Of a stretch of 64,000 nucleotides of DNA, positions 1-12,204 are shown in pieces. The stretch spans positions 82,088,001 through 82,152,000 of the forward strand of contig OX597814.1 in NCBI GenBank assembly GCA_951406725.2. Direction: 5' to 3'. This stretch comes from Octopus vulgaris. Lineage: Eukaryota. The stretch's first letter is position 1; each line of letters opens with the position of its first letter. The position numbers were made by a program, and so were the translations under genes. The notes beneath the pieces are model-generated. The model saw nothing but the letters and a program-made list of their open reading frames with translations. It made no database searches and was not told the origin of the DNA.

Positions 1-3000
1 GTAAAAATGTCAGTGACCGGATTAGTGAACTAGTTAAAAGGGTGTTGATGAGGGCAATAATCAACAATAAATGGTGGTTCACCCTGAAAAGGATGATTAG
101 AATAGAATCGATAAGGTTTAGCCAAGGACTAGCATTAGAAAGGAACAAAGTAGAGATAGAGCTGGTCAAGAAGTTAGACGAGGCTTTTAGAAAAGGCAGC
201 ATGACTAATGTGTTCGCAGCAAGATTGGCACTCGACCGATTCTTCAACGCGAAACACGAAGGAACGAAGGTCGTTCAATGAGTCCGAGTGGTAGAGGCAT
301 GGCGTGGCAACAAATCCACGATCCGAGCCTTACCAGAACACAACAAGCAAACGATAGTTGATCCGAGAAAGATGTGTGCGGCCTTTCAGCGGCGCTTCGC
401 TCGACTTTTGGGAGCAGCGGTGAGCCGGGTCACAGTATGGATTTCACGTCCAATCTCATCGGGCCGCCGCGGTTCTCGGCAACGGATGCGAAGCATTGCG
501 AAAGGCCGATAACAGTCTATGAAATACGGAAAGCAATGGCTAGCTGCACGGTGAGTAATTCGCCCGGTTTGGATGGTCTGCCCTACGAGCTTTACGCTTA
601 CATGCCAGATTTGTTGGCGACCTTTTAGCAAACGTTTACTGCAGCTGGCAAGTGAATGGGAGGATTACCAGTTTTGTGAGCCAAGGAGCGGTGGCGTCGC
701 TGAGAAAAGACCCGAACAAGGGGAATTAATATCGACAACTTTAGGCCCATAACTCTGCCGAATGCAGGGTTCAACATTTTTTGCCAAGATGTTAGCTGCG
801 AGGTTGGCGCTTGTCGTCAGTATCTGGTAGGCGAGGCACAGACATGTACCTTGCCGACAAGATCTATTCGCGACAACCGCCACCTCATGAGATGCATCAC
901 TGAGAAAGTTGCTAAAGAACCTGGCTCGGGTGAGGCCCTGATCAATTTAGATCAGTCAAAAGCTTTCGATAGGATCTACCATCCATACTTGGCGGCGGTC
1001 CTCAAGGCAGCTGATTTCGGGCCTGTATTCAGGAGCTGCAATGCACAACAACATCTGCTCAGTGGTCAGAGTGAAGAGTCACTTCTCAAAGCCGTTCAAT
1101 ATCATGCAATCCGTCCGACAAGGTTGCCTTCTCTCGTCTCACTTGTATGTACTGACTCTTGAGTCGCTACTTCACAAACTGGAGGCGTTGAGGGGAATCC
1201 CGCGTAACCTAGGTTGTGGGAGATGCGTGTTGGCATATGTCGACGATATCACCGTAGTGGTGTCTGATCATAAACACATAGAAATGATCGGGAGTTTCAG
1301 GAGCGAGGATTAGCCAAGAAAAGTCAGTGGACTTGCGGCTCAGCACCTGGAGAAGCAAGTCCATGCCGTACAACAGTGTCGTTGGGCGCTGGAAGGAGGG
1401 ACCAGTTAAATTACTCAGGGTCTGGTTCTATCCGAATCTCCAGGTAGACAACAACTGGGACGAGGTAACGAGCAGGGTGACTGCTCTCACCCAGAGATGG
1501 GCCAAGAGAAAGCTACCCCTGAAAGGTTGAGTGGAGGTGGCTAACGCGTATATCGCATCCATCATCTACTCTCATTTGATCGTCGTGCCTTGTCCCACCC
1601 ACCATCTGATTACGCTAGAGCGTATACTCTTCCGCTTCTTGTGGAAAGGACGCGTCCCGATGGTCAGGTGCTCTGTCTGCTGTCAACACCGCTGCATGAT
1701 GGCCTGGGCATGCCGTGGTTATTAATGCGAAAACATACGCTAAGGCGACGACATCTCCAGTACTCCCTTGACGATGAACAGGTGCCGTCACCGTCCGCCA
1801 GACACGTATTTCCGCAGCTAGTTTCTTTAACAGAGCGGCAATTCTAGGCAAAACAGAGACCGAGAAGGAGCATTTGGAAAGTGGAATATCTTCAAGCGCT
1901 CACAGCTATCAGACAATCGGACACTGCGATAGGGCGAACGTCCACTTTAGCTTTTTATAGAGGATTAGTGGAGGAAAAGTGCAACGACGTTCTTTTGAAG
2001 ACCTTGAGCATCGAAGAAGATCAGCTAGCTGCTCTTTTCCGAAGAACTTTCGGCCTGAGACCGAAGGATAATTTCCAAAGATCTCTTGTCTGGCAGTGCT
2101 ACCGGGGATCATTGCCTGTTCGAGACAAACTTTACAGGCACAGAAGTACTGTCAGCCGAGCATGTCTGAAATGCGCGCAGGACAACGAGTCGGTCCTGCA
2201 TGCACTCGTCCAGAGCCTGAGCATTACTGACCTGTGGGTTTATGTCGAAGTCCTGCTGTCGCGTGAGGGACGGATCCAGCTGTCAGATGAATTCATCGTG
2301 AAGATCGCTCTGCTGCCTTCCTTTAATAGAGAAGGACAGATTGTGTTTATATGCCTGGCAGCCATGGCGAAAGAGGTTGTATGGTGGACGAGATTGAAGA
2401 GGCTGAAGACAAACACTTTTGTCTTTGGCCCCTTATGAACTTCTTCAAGTTTGGAGTAAAGATTTTTGCCAACATAGCATGGCAGTTCTAGTTTAGGACG
2501 AATGTTGCTGTAATTTAGCCCCAGGAGATATCGTTTCCAGCTGGCTACACGACACGATCTGTGTCCTTATATTTTCGAACAAGGAATCTAGCACCCCAAT
2601 CAGCTCAAAACAATATCTGTGTATCGCGATTTCCGGGTTATTTCCCTTCATCAGCACAGAATCTGGCAGCGTGTAGCCAGCTGGAGACGATGTCTCCTGG
2701 GGCTAAATTACAGCAACATTCGTCCTATTCCAGGACTGCCATGTTATGTTGGCAAAAATCTTTACTCCAAAGTACTGTTGCTGAATGTCTCTCGTTGTGA
2801 GATTTAAAAATAGTAATTTTCTTCAAGTTTCACTTGAAAAGGAAATTAAAGATAGAGATGGAAGTGTTGTCTTCTAGCCAGTTTGCTGAAAGGTGGATGA
2901 AAGTGGCGAGAGTGATGCGAGTGAACGGGCCTGCTCTAAGCATACGCCTGTAGTTGGAAAAAACTGCAGTTGGAAAGGAAAAAAGGCACCTATCCCAAAG

Positions 3001-3060
3001 TCAGGTTTTTTTTATGGTTTTTTTTTCCATAAGCAGCCTTCGAACGTCTACTCCCTATTG
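1..3060 (+). mobile_element. Decayed Tx1/L1-clade non-LTR retrotransposon (ORF2 RT and zf-RVT), interrupted by an insertion at 2453-2818
   Basis: Frameshifted motifs in order: SPGLDGLPYELY, RPITL, INLDQSKAFDRI, SVRQGCLLS, AYVDDITV, then LPVRDKLYRH..CLKC..ESVLH. The C-terminal frame NFFKF/HLKRKLKIEMEVL resumes after the insertion. Confidence 0.85.
2453..2818. mobile_element. Foldback/MITE-like insertion with ~100-bp inverted arms, flanked by a 12-bp direct duplication
   Basis: 2450-2551 is the reverse complement of ~2670-2771. TTCTTCAAGTTT occurs at 2441-2452 and 2819-2830. Confidence 0.8.
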
Positions 3061-3163
3061 AGGACTACACATTGTTGATTTTTCCTTCAAAATTTTGTTA
3101 GTCTTGTTTACACGCAAAACCCTTACAACAACACACATTGTTATTATTATTATTATTATTATT

Positions 3164-4184
3164 ACTTTTTTTTTTCTTCTTTCAAATTTTCTTCCATTTC
3201 TTGCCGAGTGTCTTCCCGACTCCTAGGGCAAAGAAACTCATAGTGTATATTGGTAGGCCATTAAACCAAACTCAGTAGTTCGTTCATTTTTTTTTTTTTT
3301 TTTTTTTTAAAGTTAAATTAAAATGCATGAGCAGCAACAGTTCTCACATCGACAATGCTCTTCTCAATACGTGTGATGTACCAGTTAAGACAATCTTTTG
3401 CACTTCTTGCAGGGATGGTAAGCCAGGGATCATTCTCATATAATTTTCGGTTCCCTTCTTGATCATTCCTAGTGCTCCTACGATCACTGGTATTGTAACC
3501 GCCTTGAGATGCCACATTTTCTCAATTTCAATGAGTAGGTCTTTATATTTTCTGAGCTTGTCAAACTCTTTCGCTGAGATATTATGATCACAGGGGATGC
3601 TCATGTCGATCAATAAGCAAACTTTATTGTTTTGGTCTTTCACAACAATATCTGGTTTATTGGCCTTGATGGTTCGGTCTGTATGTACTGGAAAGTCCCA
3701 CAGAATGGTTACATTTTCTCCTTCAGTTACAGCCTCAGGGTAGTGATTATACCACTTGTCGGCAGTTTTGATATTGTAATGCCGACTTATTAGCCAGTGG
3801 AGATATTGGCCAACTCTGTCATGTCTTAATTTATACTCCACTGGTGCTAAGACTTTACATCCAGAGATTAGGTGGTCCACTGTTTCAATCATGTCGTTGC
3901 AGAATCGGCATTTTGGGTCTGCTCCATTTTTCATCACATTGGCCTGGTAGTTCCGGGTTGATAGGCTTTGGTCTTGAGCAGCCAGGATGAAACCTTCGCT
4001 CTCTGCTTTTAGCCCTGAGCTCCGCAGCCACTGATGGGTTTGCTTCTGGTCAACATCAGCTTGTTTGCTGCGGGTCACATATTTGCCGTGCAGAGGTTTC
4101 TCCTCCCACCTATCAGCCAATTGCTCGTGCGCGCCAATTGCTCGTGCGCAGCCAATTGCTCGTGCGCTCCAATTGCTCCTGCGC
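3164..4184 (-). mobile_element. 5'-truncated R4/Dong-clade RLE non-LTR retrotransposon inserted in (TAA)n
   Basis: (TTA)n tracts flank both sides (~3140-3163 and 4185-4241). The element holds an open C-terminal ORF and a 3' UTR with poly(A) runs. Confidence 0.85.
3344..4120 (-). CDS. Partial ORF of the R4/Dong element: CCHC zinc knuckle plus restriction-like endonuclease
   Basis: ILAAQDQSL, KCRFC..ETVDHLISGC, RHDRV, WDFPVHTD, NKPDIVV..LIDMSIP, KLRKYKDL, IPVIVGALG. No stops over 258 aa; no true start codon because of the truncation. Confidence 0.85.
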   Translation of the reverse strand: MADRWEEKPLHGKYVTRSKQADVDQKQTHQWLRSSGLKAESEGFILAAQDQSLSTRNYQANVMKNGADPKCRFCNDMIETVDHLISGCKVLAPVEYKLRHDRVGQYLHWLISRHYNIKTADKWYNHYPEAVTEGENVTILWDFPVHTDRTIKANKPDIVVKDQNNKVCLLIDMSIPCDHNISAKEFDKLRKYKDLLIEIEKMWHLKAVTIPVIVGALGMIKKGTENYMRMIPGLPSLQEVQKIVLTGTSHVLRRALSM

Positions 4185-4277
<93 letters not shown>

Positions 4278-4278
<1 letters not shown>

Positions 4279-4953
4279 TCTAGATAACAGCTGTGCGTGT
4301 AAATGTGTTCTCCTGTCTTTAAAAATTGAGAGGACATTGATTGATGTAGTCCTCGATATATGATGCCTGAAAAAAAAACCGGAATGTTCACGACTTGAAT
4401 GGCTTCAATCAAGTTCTGCTCCTTCAGATAGCCCAGAGAATCTACGGAGTTGCGTCTCACTTAATAGTACACAAATTTCAATAAAATAGAAGATTTGTAG
4501 TCTGGAGTGTCTTGTCATATCTCACGTTAGTTGTCATTTTCTTAACTTTTCGCCCACATACAAACAAGTTAGCATAATCCATGTAAAATCAATTTCTCTG
4601 AAATGCCATTAACCTTTTGTCGAGTTCGTATACAACGACTATAAAATGATATTGAATTAGATTAGATTGAAAACAGCATTTACAAGAGAGTACAACAGCT
4701 GTTGATATACTAATATGTTAATCAAGGTAAAAAAAAATTATTTATTTATTTACTTCTTCTTTTAGAGTAAACAAATATATAAAGAACTGCAGCCAAGGCA
4801 ACTGGTTAGAAATCGCAGCCATGTGCTTCAAACACACAGCTGTGTGTAACGTACAATGTGCATCCATATTCAAAGCTAGGAGTGTCATAGCGCAAGCACA
4901 CCTCGGAACCACACCCTGTTACTGACATTTTCCTGCACAGCTGTTATCTGGAA
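4278..4953. mobile_element. Non-autonomous TIR element (MITE, ~675 bp)
   Basis: Left end TTCTAGATAACAGCTGTGCGTGTAAATGT; reverse complement of right end TTCCAGATAACAGCTGTGCAGGAAAATGT. Confidence 0.7.
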
Positions 4954-5029
4954 TAATAATAATAATAATGATAATAATAATAATAATAACAACAACAACA
5001 ACAACAACAATAATAATAATAATAATAGT

Positions 5030-5170
5030 AGGGTTCACCATGTCGCGCACATATGGTTGTAATGCATGTGCTTGGTGTACCCTTATCAGACGGGTTGTCA
5101 TGATAGGTATATTGAGCTTCGTATAATTTGTACACCAGCGTCACTTTCATGGCGTGTGCTGCTCTTTCAC
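5030..5170 (+). mobile_element. 3' end of a (TAA)n-flanked non-coding retroelement (same family as 40620-41200)
   Basis: CACCATGTCGCGCACATATGGTTG...GGCGTGTGCTGCTCT matches the reverse complement of 40620-40740; (AAT)n on both sides. Confidence 0.65.
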
Positions 5171-5232
<62 letters not shown>

Positions 5233-5656
5233 CCTTTCTTCTAAAAGCACACGGCCTGAAATTTTGTGGGAAGGGAACTAGTTCATTCCTTTTTTGTTAC
5301 TGTCTTTGCAATTTAAGTCTTAGAATTTTACAGGCCTCCATGTGTTGTCACATGAGGCACATCGTGGGAAAAGGTTTCGATATTTAATTCTTTACCGTGC
5401 AGTGCAAGTTCGAAGTGACTAACCTTTAGACCTAACCATTCTAACTCAATTTGACCTTGCATTACCAATCGATGATGACACGTGATTAATACACGTCGAA
5501 GTGTGAAGTCAAAACTGCTATAAATATTAACATTAACAGCTATTGCTTTTTCTCTCACTCTTTCTTTTTTGCTGCAGAATGCGTCTATGAGTTATTTATT
5601 TTCAAAGCATTTCTGTTTTCTGACGCTGGCCAATGTACATCAGTATCTTTTATGTC

Positions 5657-5842
5657 TTTTTACTTGTTTTACTTGTTTCAGTCATTAGACTGCGACCATG
5701 CTGGGACACCGCCGTAAGAGGTTTAGTCGAACAAATCGACACTAATACTTATTTTGCTCAACCGCTAAGTTACTAGACCGTAAACAAACCAACACCTGTT
5801 GTCAAGTAGTGGCGACAAACTAATACACACACACACACATAC

Positions 5843-5873
<31 letters not shown>

Positions 5874-6075
5874 TGTATGTATGTATGTATGTATGTATGT
5901 ATGTATGTATGTATGGCGGAGTTCTTTCAGATTCTGTCTACCAAATTGACTCAAGACATTAGCAGCCCGGGACTATAGTAGAAGACACATGCCCAATGTG
6001 CCGCACGATGGCATTGAACTTCAAACCATGTGGTTGCAAAGCGAACTTCTTAACCACAGAGCCATACCTGCACCT
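5657..6075 (-). mobile_element. tRNA-derived SINE family A with internal (TATG)n
   Basis: Reverse-complement match to the copy at 13341-13743 (tRNA-like head; GACTGAAACAAGTAAAA tail). Confidence 0.8.
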
Positions 6076-6225
6076 ATCCTCACATACTATTGCGTCAGCT
6101 CTACTTCAGCGAGTATAATGGAGTTTTTGCTTCCAAATGAAGTCGTAATAAGTACTAAACGTCTTTGCAGTTGTCTTTCTTTCTTGCCAAAGTAATTACT
6201 CTTTAGTAATGTCTGCCATTACATA

Positions 6226-6770
6226 GTTTAATGCGTCGTACAACTTTGAGAAGTCATGAGAAAACATTGATTGTTGCGTTAGTTGGTAGCAACTCAAAGT
6301 GGATGACTCCTTCGCAATCTCACCAAACAGAGAGAAGAACCTGCTTCGCATTAAGTTCCCTCTTCAGTTGTGGTTGGGCCTTTTCTCCTTCACCAAGCCT
6401 ATGTCTACGATGCTTAACATTTTGATAAAAGACCCTTTTTTTCATCACCGGTCACTGGTCTGTCCAAAATGGGCGAGATGAGTTCACGAGAATGAAGAGA
6501 AGAGCAGATGTTCACTCGGGATTTGCGGTTGGCTTCCAACAAATAATGAGACACCCATTTTCCGCGTTGGGAGCTTTCCAAGCTGTTGAAGATGGCGGTG
6601 AACAGATGTATGGCTTGAATGAAGATTGTTGCCACCAATTCTTCAACTGAAAGTGCATGATCTTTTTCAAATTCGGCCAAAATGAGCTTGTCATCAAACT
6701 CAATTAACCGTCTTGTTCGGGCCTCATCTTCAAGGCTGGAATCTCTACTTCTGAATTCCCGGAATATTGA
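6226..6770 (-). pseudogene. Mariner transposase fragment
   Basis: Frameshifted SLEDEARTRR, GKWVSH, VTGDEK, QVLLSVW*DCEGVIHFELLP. Confidence 0.8.
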
Positions 6771-7181
6771 CTTTTCTGAATCAGGAGTGGTAATCTTAAT
6801 GAAGACCCTTAAATTTACTTAAATAATTAAATGAAATACAGGTACCTGTATATTAACATAAATGTTACAAGGTTATTGGTACTGTATTATGCAAAGTATT
6901 AGTCTGCGCATGACAGCAATAAATATTCAGGCGGCCACAAGAAATTTTAGTTCCCAATCGTAAATTAGTGAAAATTATAAGATGTTCCGGAGCATCAGTG
7001 TCCGGAAGGTCGGTTTTTGTTCCCATTTCAAGATGTATGTACAAATATATTTATAAAAAATTAATTTCAAAATAAATGGAAAAATTACATATTTTATGGA
7101 AAAAAGTGTTTTTTTTTATTTTGAACAACTTAATGTAAACTGGTCGGTACCTTAACAGCATAAAGTAAAATAACATACATC

Positions 7182-7213
<32 letters not shown>

Positions 7214-7249
7214 CATACATACATACATACATACATACATACATACATT

Positions 7250-7546
7250 GTTCCTTCTCGAGCCATGCCTGACTCATAAGGGCCGGTTTCCCGGTTTTCT
7301 TGGCGTATATGTTCCCCGCCTGGACGGGACGCCGGTCCGTCGCAGGTGAGCTGCAAGATGCAGGAGGAAAGAGTGAGAGAAAGTTGTGTCGAAAGAGTCA
7401 GCAGAAGTTCGCCATTACCTTCTACCAGAGCTGCGTGGAGCTTAGGTGTTTCGCTGATAAACACGCACATTACCCGGTCTGAGATTTGAACCCGCAATCC
7501 CTCGACCGCGAGTCTGCTGCTCTAACCACTAGGCCATGTGCCTCCA
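7250..7546 (-). mobile_element. tRNA-derived SINE (family C)
   Basis: Minus-strand head GGAGGCACATGGCCTAGTGGTTAGAGC...GGGTTCAAATCTC with A and B boxes; embedded in (TACA)n. Confidence 0.75.
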
Positions 7547-7615
7547 CACATACATACATACATACATACATACATACATACATACATACATACATACATA
7601 CATACATACATACAT

Positions 7616-7862
7616 TGGGGCAACAAGTTACATACCAACCCGTTTGGAGTCAAATATGGCTGAACTTGGGATCTTAGGGAGAGAATGTAAATCCTTAATC
7701 CATACGCTACAAATGATCAAGATATCCAGGACTATAAAAAATCTGCAAGACCTTCTTAAGATTTGAAGGATGATGGCTAAAAGAAGATTCTTTGCTTCAT
7801 AACCTTGCTACCAAGTAGGTGGCCGGTCAAAATTTACTCTAAACTTAATAAGAGAAAAAGAA
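7616..7862 (+). mobile_element. 3' fragment of an RLE-type (R4-like) LINE between CATA tracts
   Basis: GATSYIPTRLESNMAELG..LQMI../KICKTFLRF* resembles the GALGYI...GTVKICKTF C-terminus seen in other copies in this window. Confidence 0.6.
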
Positions 7863-8149
7863 CATACATACAACAAACATACGTATATACTTCTATGGAT
7901 TTATTTCCATAGTTTTTCCTCCTTTTCAAAATTGAAGCTGATTATTGACGAAGTGGCTAGGTTCTTTTGTCTAAGACAAGACAGCTCTTGGAAACTGTTG
8001 TTACATGCATTGGTTGATTATGCATATACGTATGCGTGTTGCGTGTATGTGTGTGCATATGGATAAACATGTAATTAAGGTGTGAGTTTCTTGATAGAAA
8101 ATAACTGTGTGTCATTACTGTTCGTGTTAGTGTGATTCTGTGTGCGTTT

Positions 8150-8700
8150 ACCCGGGAGCATTAAATAGAGAATCCCTGAAATTCCTACTTATTCTCTGAT
8201 CGATTGAAGAATGAGAATCAGTCTGTTCATTTTGGGATAACCCAAGCGTTTCTAGGTTTCTCTACCGACCAGTTGTTACGTAGACCAGTGTACCCATGTT
8301 AATAGGAACACATGAAAACCTATATAAAGCTTGGATATAAGAGCTGTTGGTTTCTTATTAGTTCTCAGCAGTTGTTCTTCTTTTCTCCAATTTCTGAAGA
8401 GACATTCACATTCGCTCGGCTACTGGCCTCTGCAACGCTGCATAAATCTTACTCCCTATTTCATACAACTATATCTGCCCTGTTGGGTTCACACTGGGTT
8501 ACTGATTTCATCAGAATGTCCACCAGTAGTCTTTATTTTTAAAGGTGTGGATACTGTCTGGTTCTGGTATGCCTTTGGTATGGCAATCAGAACAATCTTT
8601 CCTGCGTATAGTATCACCGTCTTAGCAATAATGTCATGTGTTATGGGAAGATTGTATCTCTATGAACCACGTTGTTATCAGCTTCTTAAAGGCACTGACT
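8150..8700 (-). mobile_element. Decayed RLE-type (R4-like) LINE, endonuclease region
   Basis: Minus strand reads RYNLPITHDIIAKTV, KDYWW, PNRADIVV, ELIRNQQLLYP, VPINMGTLVYV. Confidence 0.65.
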
Positions 8701-9039
8701 ATAGCAGTTGCACCCACAGTAAAGCTATCTGAATATTGGAAAAGAGTTACCAGCATCATAGTGATCCATGCTGGCTATCAAAATACCGACATCATGATTG
8801 CTACTCAATGCTCTATGAACGCTGCAAAGGTTGTAACGCGTGGCATGAACGTCTCGAAATGTTTGTTTTTATGTTATAATAAAACCAATTTTACATTGCT
8901 TGAAGGATTACTCTAAACATTTGATAGAGTACAATATTTTCATGCGGGGTTCTTCCCCCTTTAAGCCACCTCAAATTCAAACCAAACATACTGCATTATA
9001 CCCGCCCTTATGCATTAAATCTAAGTTCCAAATATCATA

Positions 9040-9206
9040 AGGATCCATTCAGTAATTTTGGTTCATGAAATTGTATGAAACATACAGCATTACCCTTCTC
9101 CCTAGGCTTAAATTTTGTGTACAAAATTTCATTAGGATTGGTGCAGTAGTTTTCGAATCTATAAGTAACACACGAACACACATAAAAACATTGACTTTTA
9201 TATAAT
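9040..9206 (-). mobile_element. Probable non-autonomous Helitron-like 5' end
   Basis: Minus strand TATATAAAAGTCAATG...ACTACTGCACCAATCCTAATGAAATTTTG has the style of such termini; judged by pattern only. Confidence 0.4.
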
Positions 9207-9255
9207 AGCAATAAATATGCACATAACCATACATGTATGTGTGTGTGTCTGAGTG

Positions 9256-9295
<40 letters not shown>

Positions 9296-9322
9296 GTGCA
9301 GATACATATATATACATATATG

Positions 9323-9378
<56 letters not shown>

Positions 9379-9540
9379 CATACATATATACATATATAAA
9401 CATATAAATCTATATATATATATACATCTATATATATACATCTATACATATACATCCATATATATACATCTATACATATACATCTATAGATATACATTTA
9501 TAGATATACATCTATATTTATATACATCTATATATATTCA

Positions 9541-9583
<43 letters not shown>

Positions 9584-9942
9584 GTGCAGATGCATACATA
9601 CATAATATATATATATATATATACATAATATATATGTGTGTGTATGTATGTATGTATGTATGTATGTATGTATGTATGTATATATGTATCTATGTATCTA
9701 TGTATCTATGTATCTATGTATGTATGCCTGTATATATGTGAAATAATAGTTTCACTTTAATAGTTTCAGTATTAATAGTGAAACTATTAAAATGAAATTA
9801 TCTGACATTACAGTAGAGAGATATTATTGTTTCACTTGTGATATGTAATACTGAAGTAGTTGAAGAGATAAGAGATTGCTCTGGGCTCGCACAAAGATAG
9901 ACAGACAGACACACAGACTTACAGACACACACATAAGCTCAT

Positions 9943-9978
<36 letters not shown>

Positions 9979-10623
9979 ATACACGCACACAAGTACATAC
10001 ATATATCTATCTCTTTATCTCTCATTATATGTTTGTGTATGTGTGTGTATATAAGCAAACTATGTATATATAATATTAACTATATATGTAGGCTGTTCCA
10101 GAGTTAACTCTCTATTTCAATTAAATCGGGCAAATTTTTTTTAAATGTCAGAATTGTATGTTTATTACTTAAGTATGATATCAAAACAAATAGATTTATA
10201 AAATCCTACGTCAAAACTTTATAGAAAATTTTCAGCACGTGTCTGTATCCCTGAAAATTTCAAAAATATTCTTAGTGCATTTGAGGAGAATGCATTCAGT
10301 TATCTGCACTGCTAACTGAATGCATTCTTTAAGTTCTACTAAACTATTGCTCCATCCTAGGATATGGAGAAAATGATTGTAGCCAAATTGGAAAAACGCT
10401 ATTGTGGACAGATATGCGGGGTCCAATAGGAATGGAAATAAAATAATAAAAAATTATAAAATCATAAACAAAATTTAAAATTCATACTTTCAGCACATAT
10501 TAAACATGATAAACATAAATAAAAGTGAGTTGTCCGTTTTCACTAAAATAGATAGTTAATTCTGGGGTACCCTATTGCCATGCTGGCCACTTGATAAGAT
10601 CGATATTTAAATAACGATCTTAT

Positions 10624-10696
<73 letters not shown>

Positions 10697-10774
10697 CAAC
10701 AATTATATATATATATATATATATATATAAGGCGAATATATATATATAGGGCTTAGTATATATATATATATATA

Positions 10775-10990
10775 AAGTTAATCCAAACATGAAAACACAA
10801 AGAGAAAACACAACAACGCGAGGACGTGGAACAGATATAGTATTATTGGACGCTCAGGAAGGAAGGGAAGAAGGAGGGTTTTACATTTCGAGCGGAGCTC
10901 TTCATCGGAAACATATGAAAAGGAAAGATCCAGAGAAGGGGAAACGGAGGGAAAAAAATCGCCAACGGTACACACGCGGTCACATTTTAT
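10775..10990 (-). mobile_element. Penelope-like terminal repeat fragment with a degenerate HHR (10878-10912)
   Basis: GTTT-CCGATGA-A-GAGC-TCC-GCTC-GAAA-TG-TA-AAAC next to (TA)n. Confidence 0.55.
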
Positions 10991-11819
10991 ACTGAAAAAC
11001 TAGATAAAATGCCATAATGCCGACCGAGCTTCCAGACTTCACACTTCATACCACGCCTACAGCATAACGAATATTAGTCGCTCTCAACAACTACCAATAA
11101 TATTATAGTAGCACTCACAATTGATCACGCCCATTATTTCTAATGATAGAACATTTACCCAACAAGAGTGTCCCTATTTTGATTGATCATGCAGAAAATA
11201 GCAGTCAAATCACCCTTAAATTCTATTCAAACGACTTCATTTAAAGAAAGGACACATCAAGTAATGCAGTTGCATGAAGCATATCCGAAATTTAAGAGAC
11301 AGTCATGGTTGAATGCTTTTAATTATAAAGCCTGATGCAAAAGTAATAATTCCTCCTAATTTTGGCAATTTCCGGGATAGGGGAGATTACTCGATTACAT
11401 CGAACCTAGTACATGACTGCTACTTTATCTTAACGACCCCACAGGACGAAAGGCAAGATGAAAGAAAGGCCAGTAAGCATTATGTCCGACGAACTAACGA
11501 TTCTGCCAGACACATTCATATTAAGGAACTCCAAAGACATGCTGACTAAAGAACTACAGTGACACAATCGTTTATAGAATCAAGCTATATATATATATAT
11601 ATATATATATACGCGCGCGCGCGTAATACATACATACATAATGAATGCGTGGGTTCGATTCCCTGACTGGACGACGCATTGGGTTCTTGAGCGAAACACT
11701 TCATTCCACATTGCTCCAGTCCCCTTTCGATCATTTGAAGACTAAAACAATGCAAAAACGTATTGTAACCAACGATGTGTAACAACATCTGATAACCAGG
11801 TCGGTCACATGATCACGTG

Positions 11820-11915
<96 letters not shown>

Positions 11916-12204
11916 GGCACAAGAGTGGCGAAAGAAACCGATAGAAAAAGCACCAAGCTTTAAAAAATGTAGTGAGGTCGATTCATCCGACCAAAATTCT
12001 TCAAGATCGTGGACCCACATGACTGCAGTTTAATGACTAAAATAAATAAAAAATAATACACACACACACACAGGTGAGCACATAAATGCAAAACAAGGTG
12101 GAAAAAATAGTATTCGAATACCAAAGGTAGAGTAATATATTTTTTTGTTATCATTTAACATTATATTACATGTACAATCACGATTTTAATTCCGTATTTA
12201 TCAC

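Noticed and set aside
4116-4184. CRISPR-like repeats (also the 17-bp triplet at ~35285-35335)
   Set aside because: Tandem units without spacers in eukaryotic repeat DNA.
7470-7546. tRNA gene
   Set aside because: The tRNA-like sequence is a SINE head continuous with a SINE body and lacks a proper acceptor stem.
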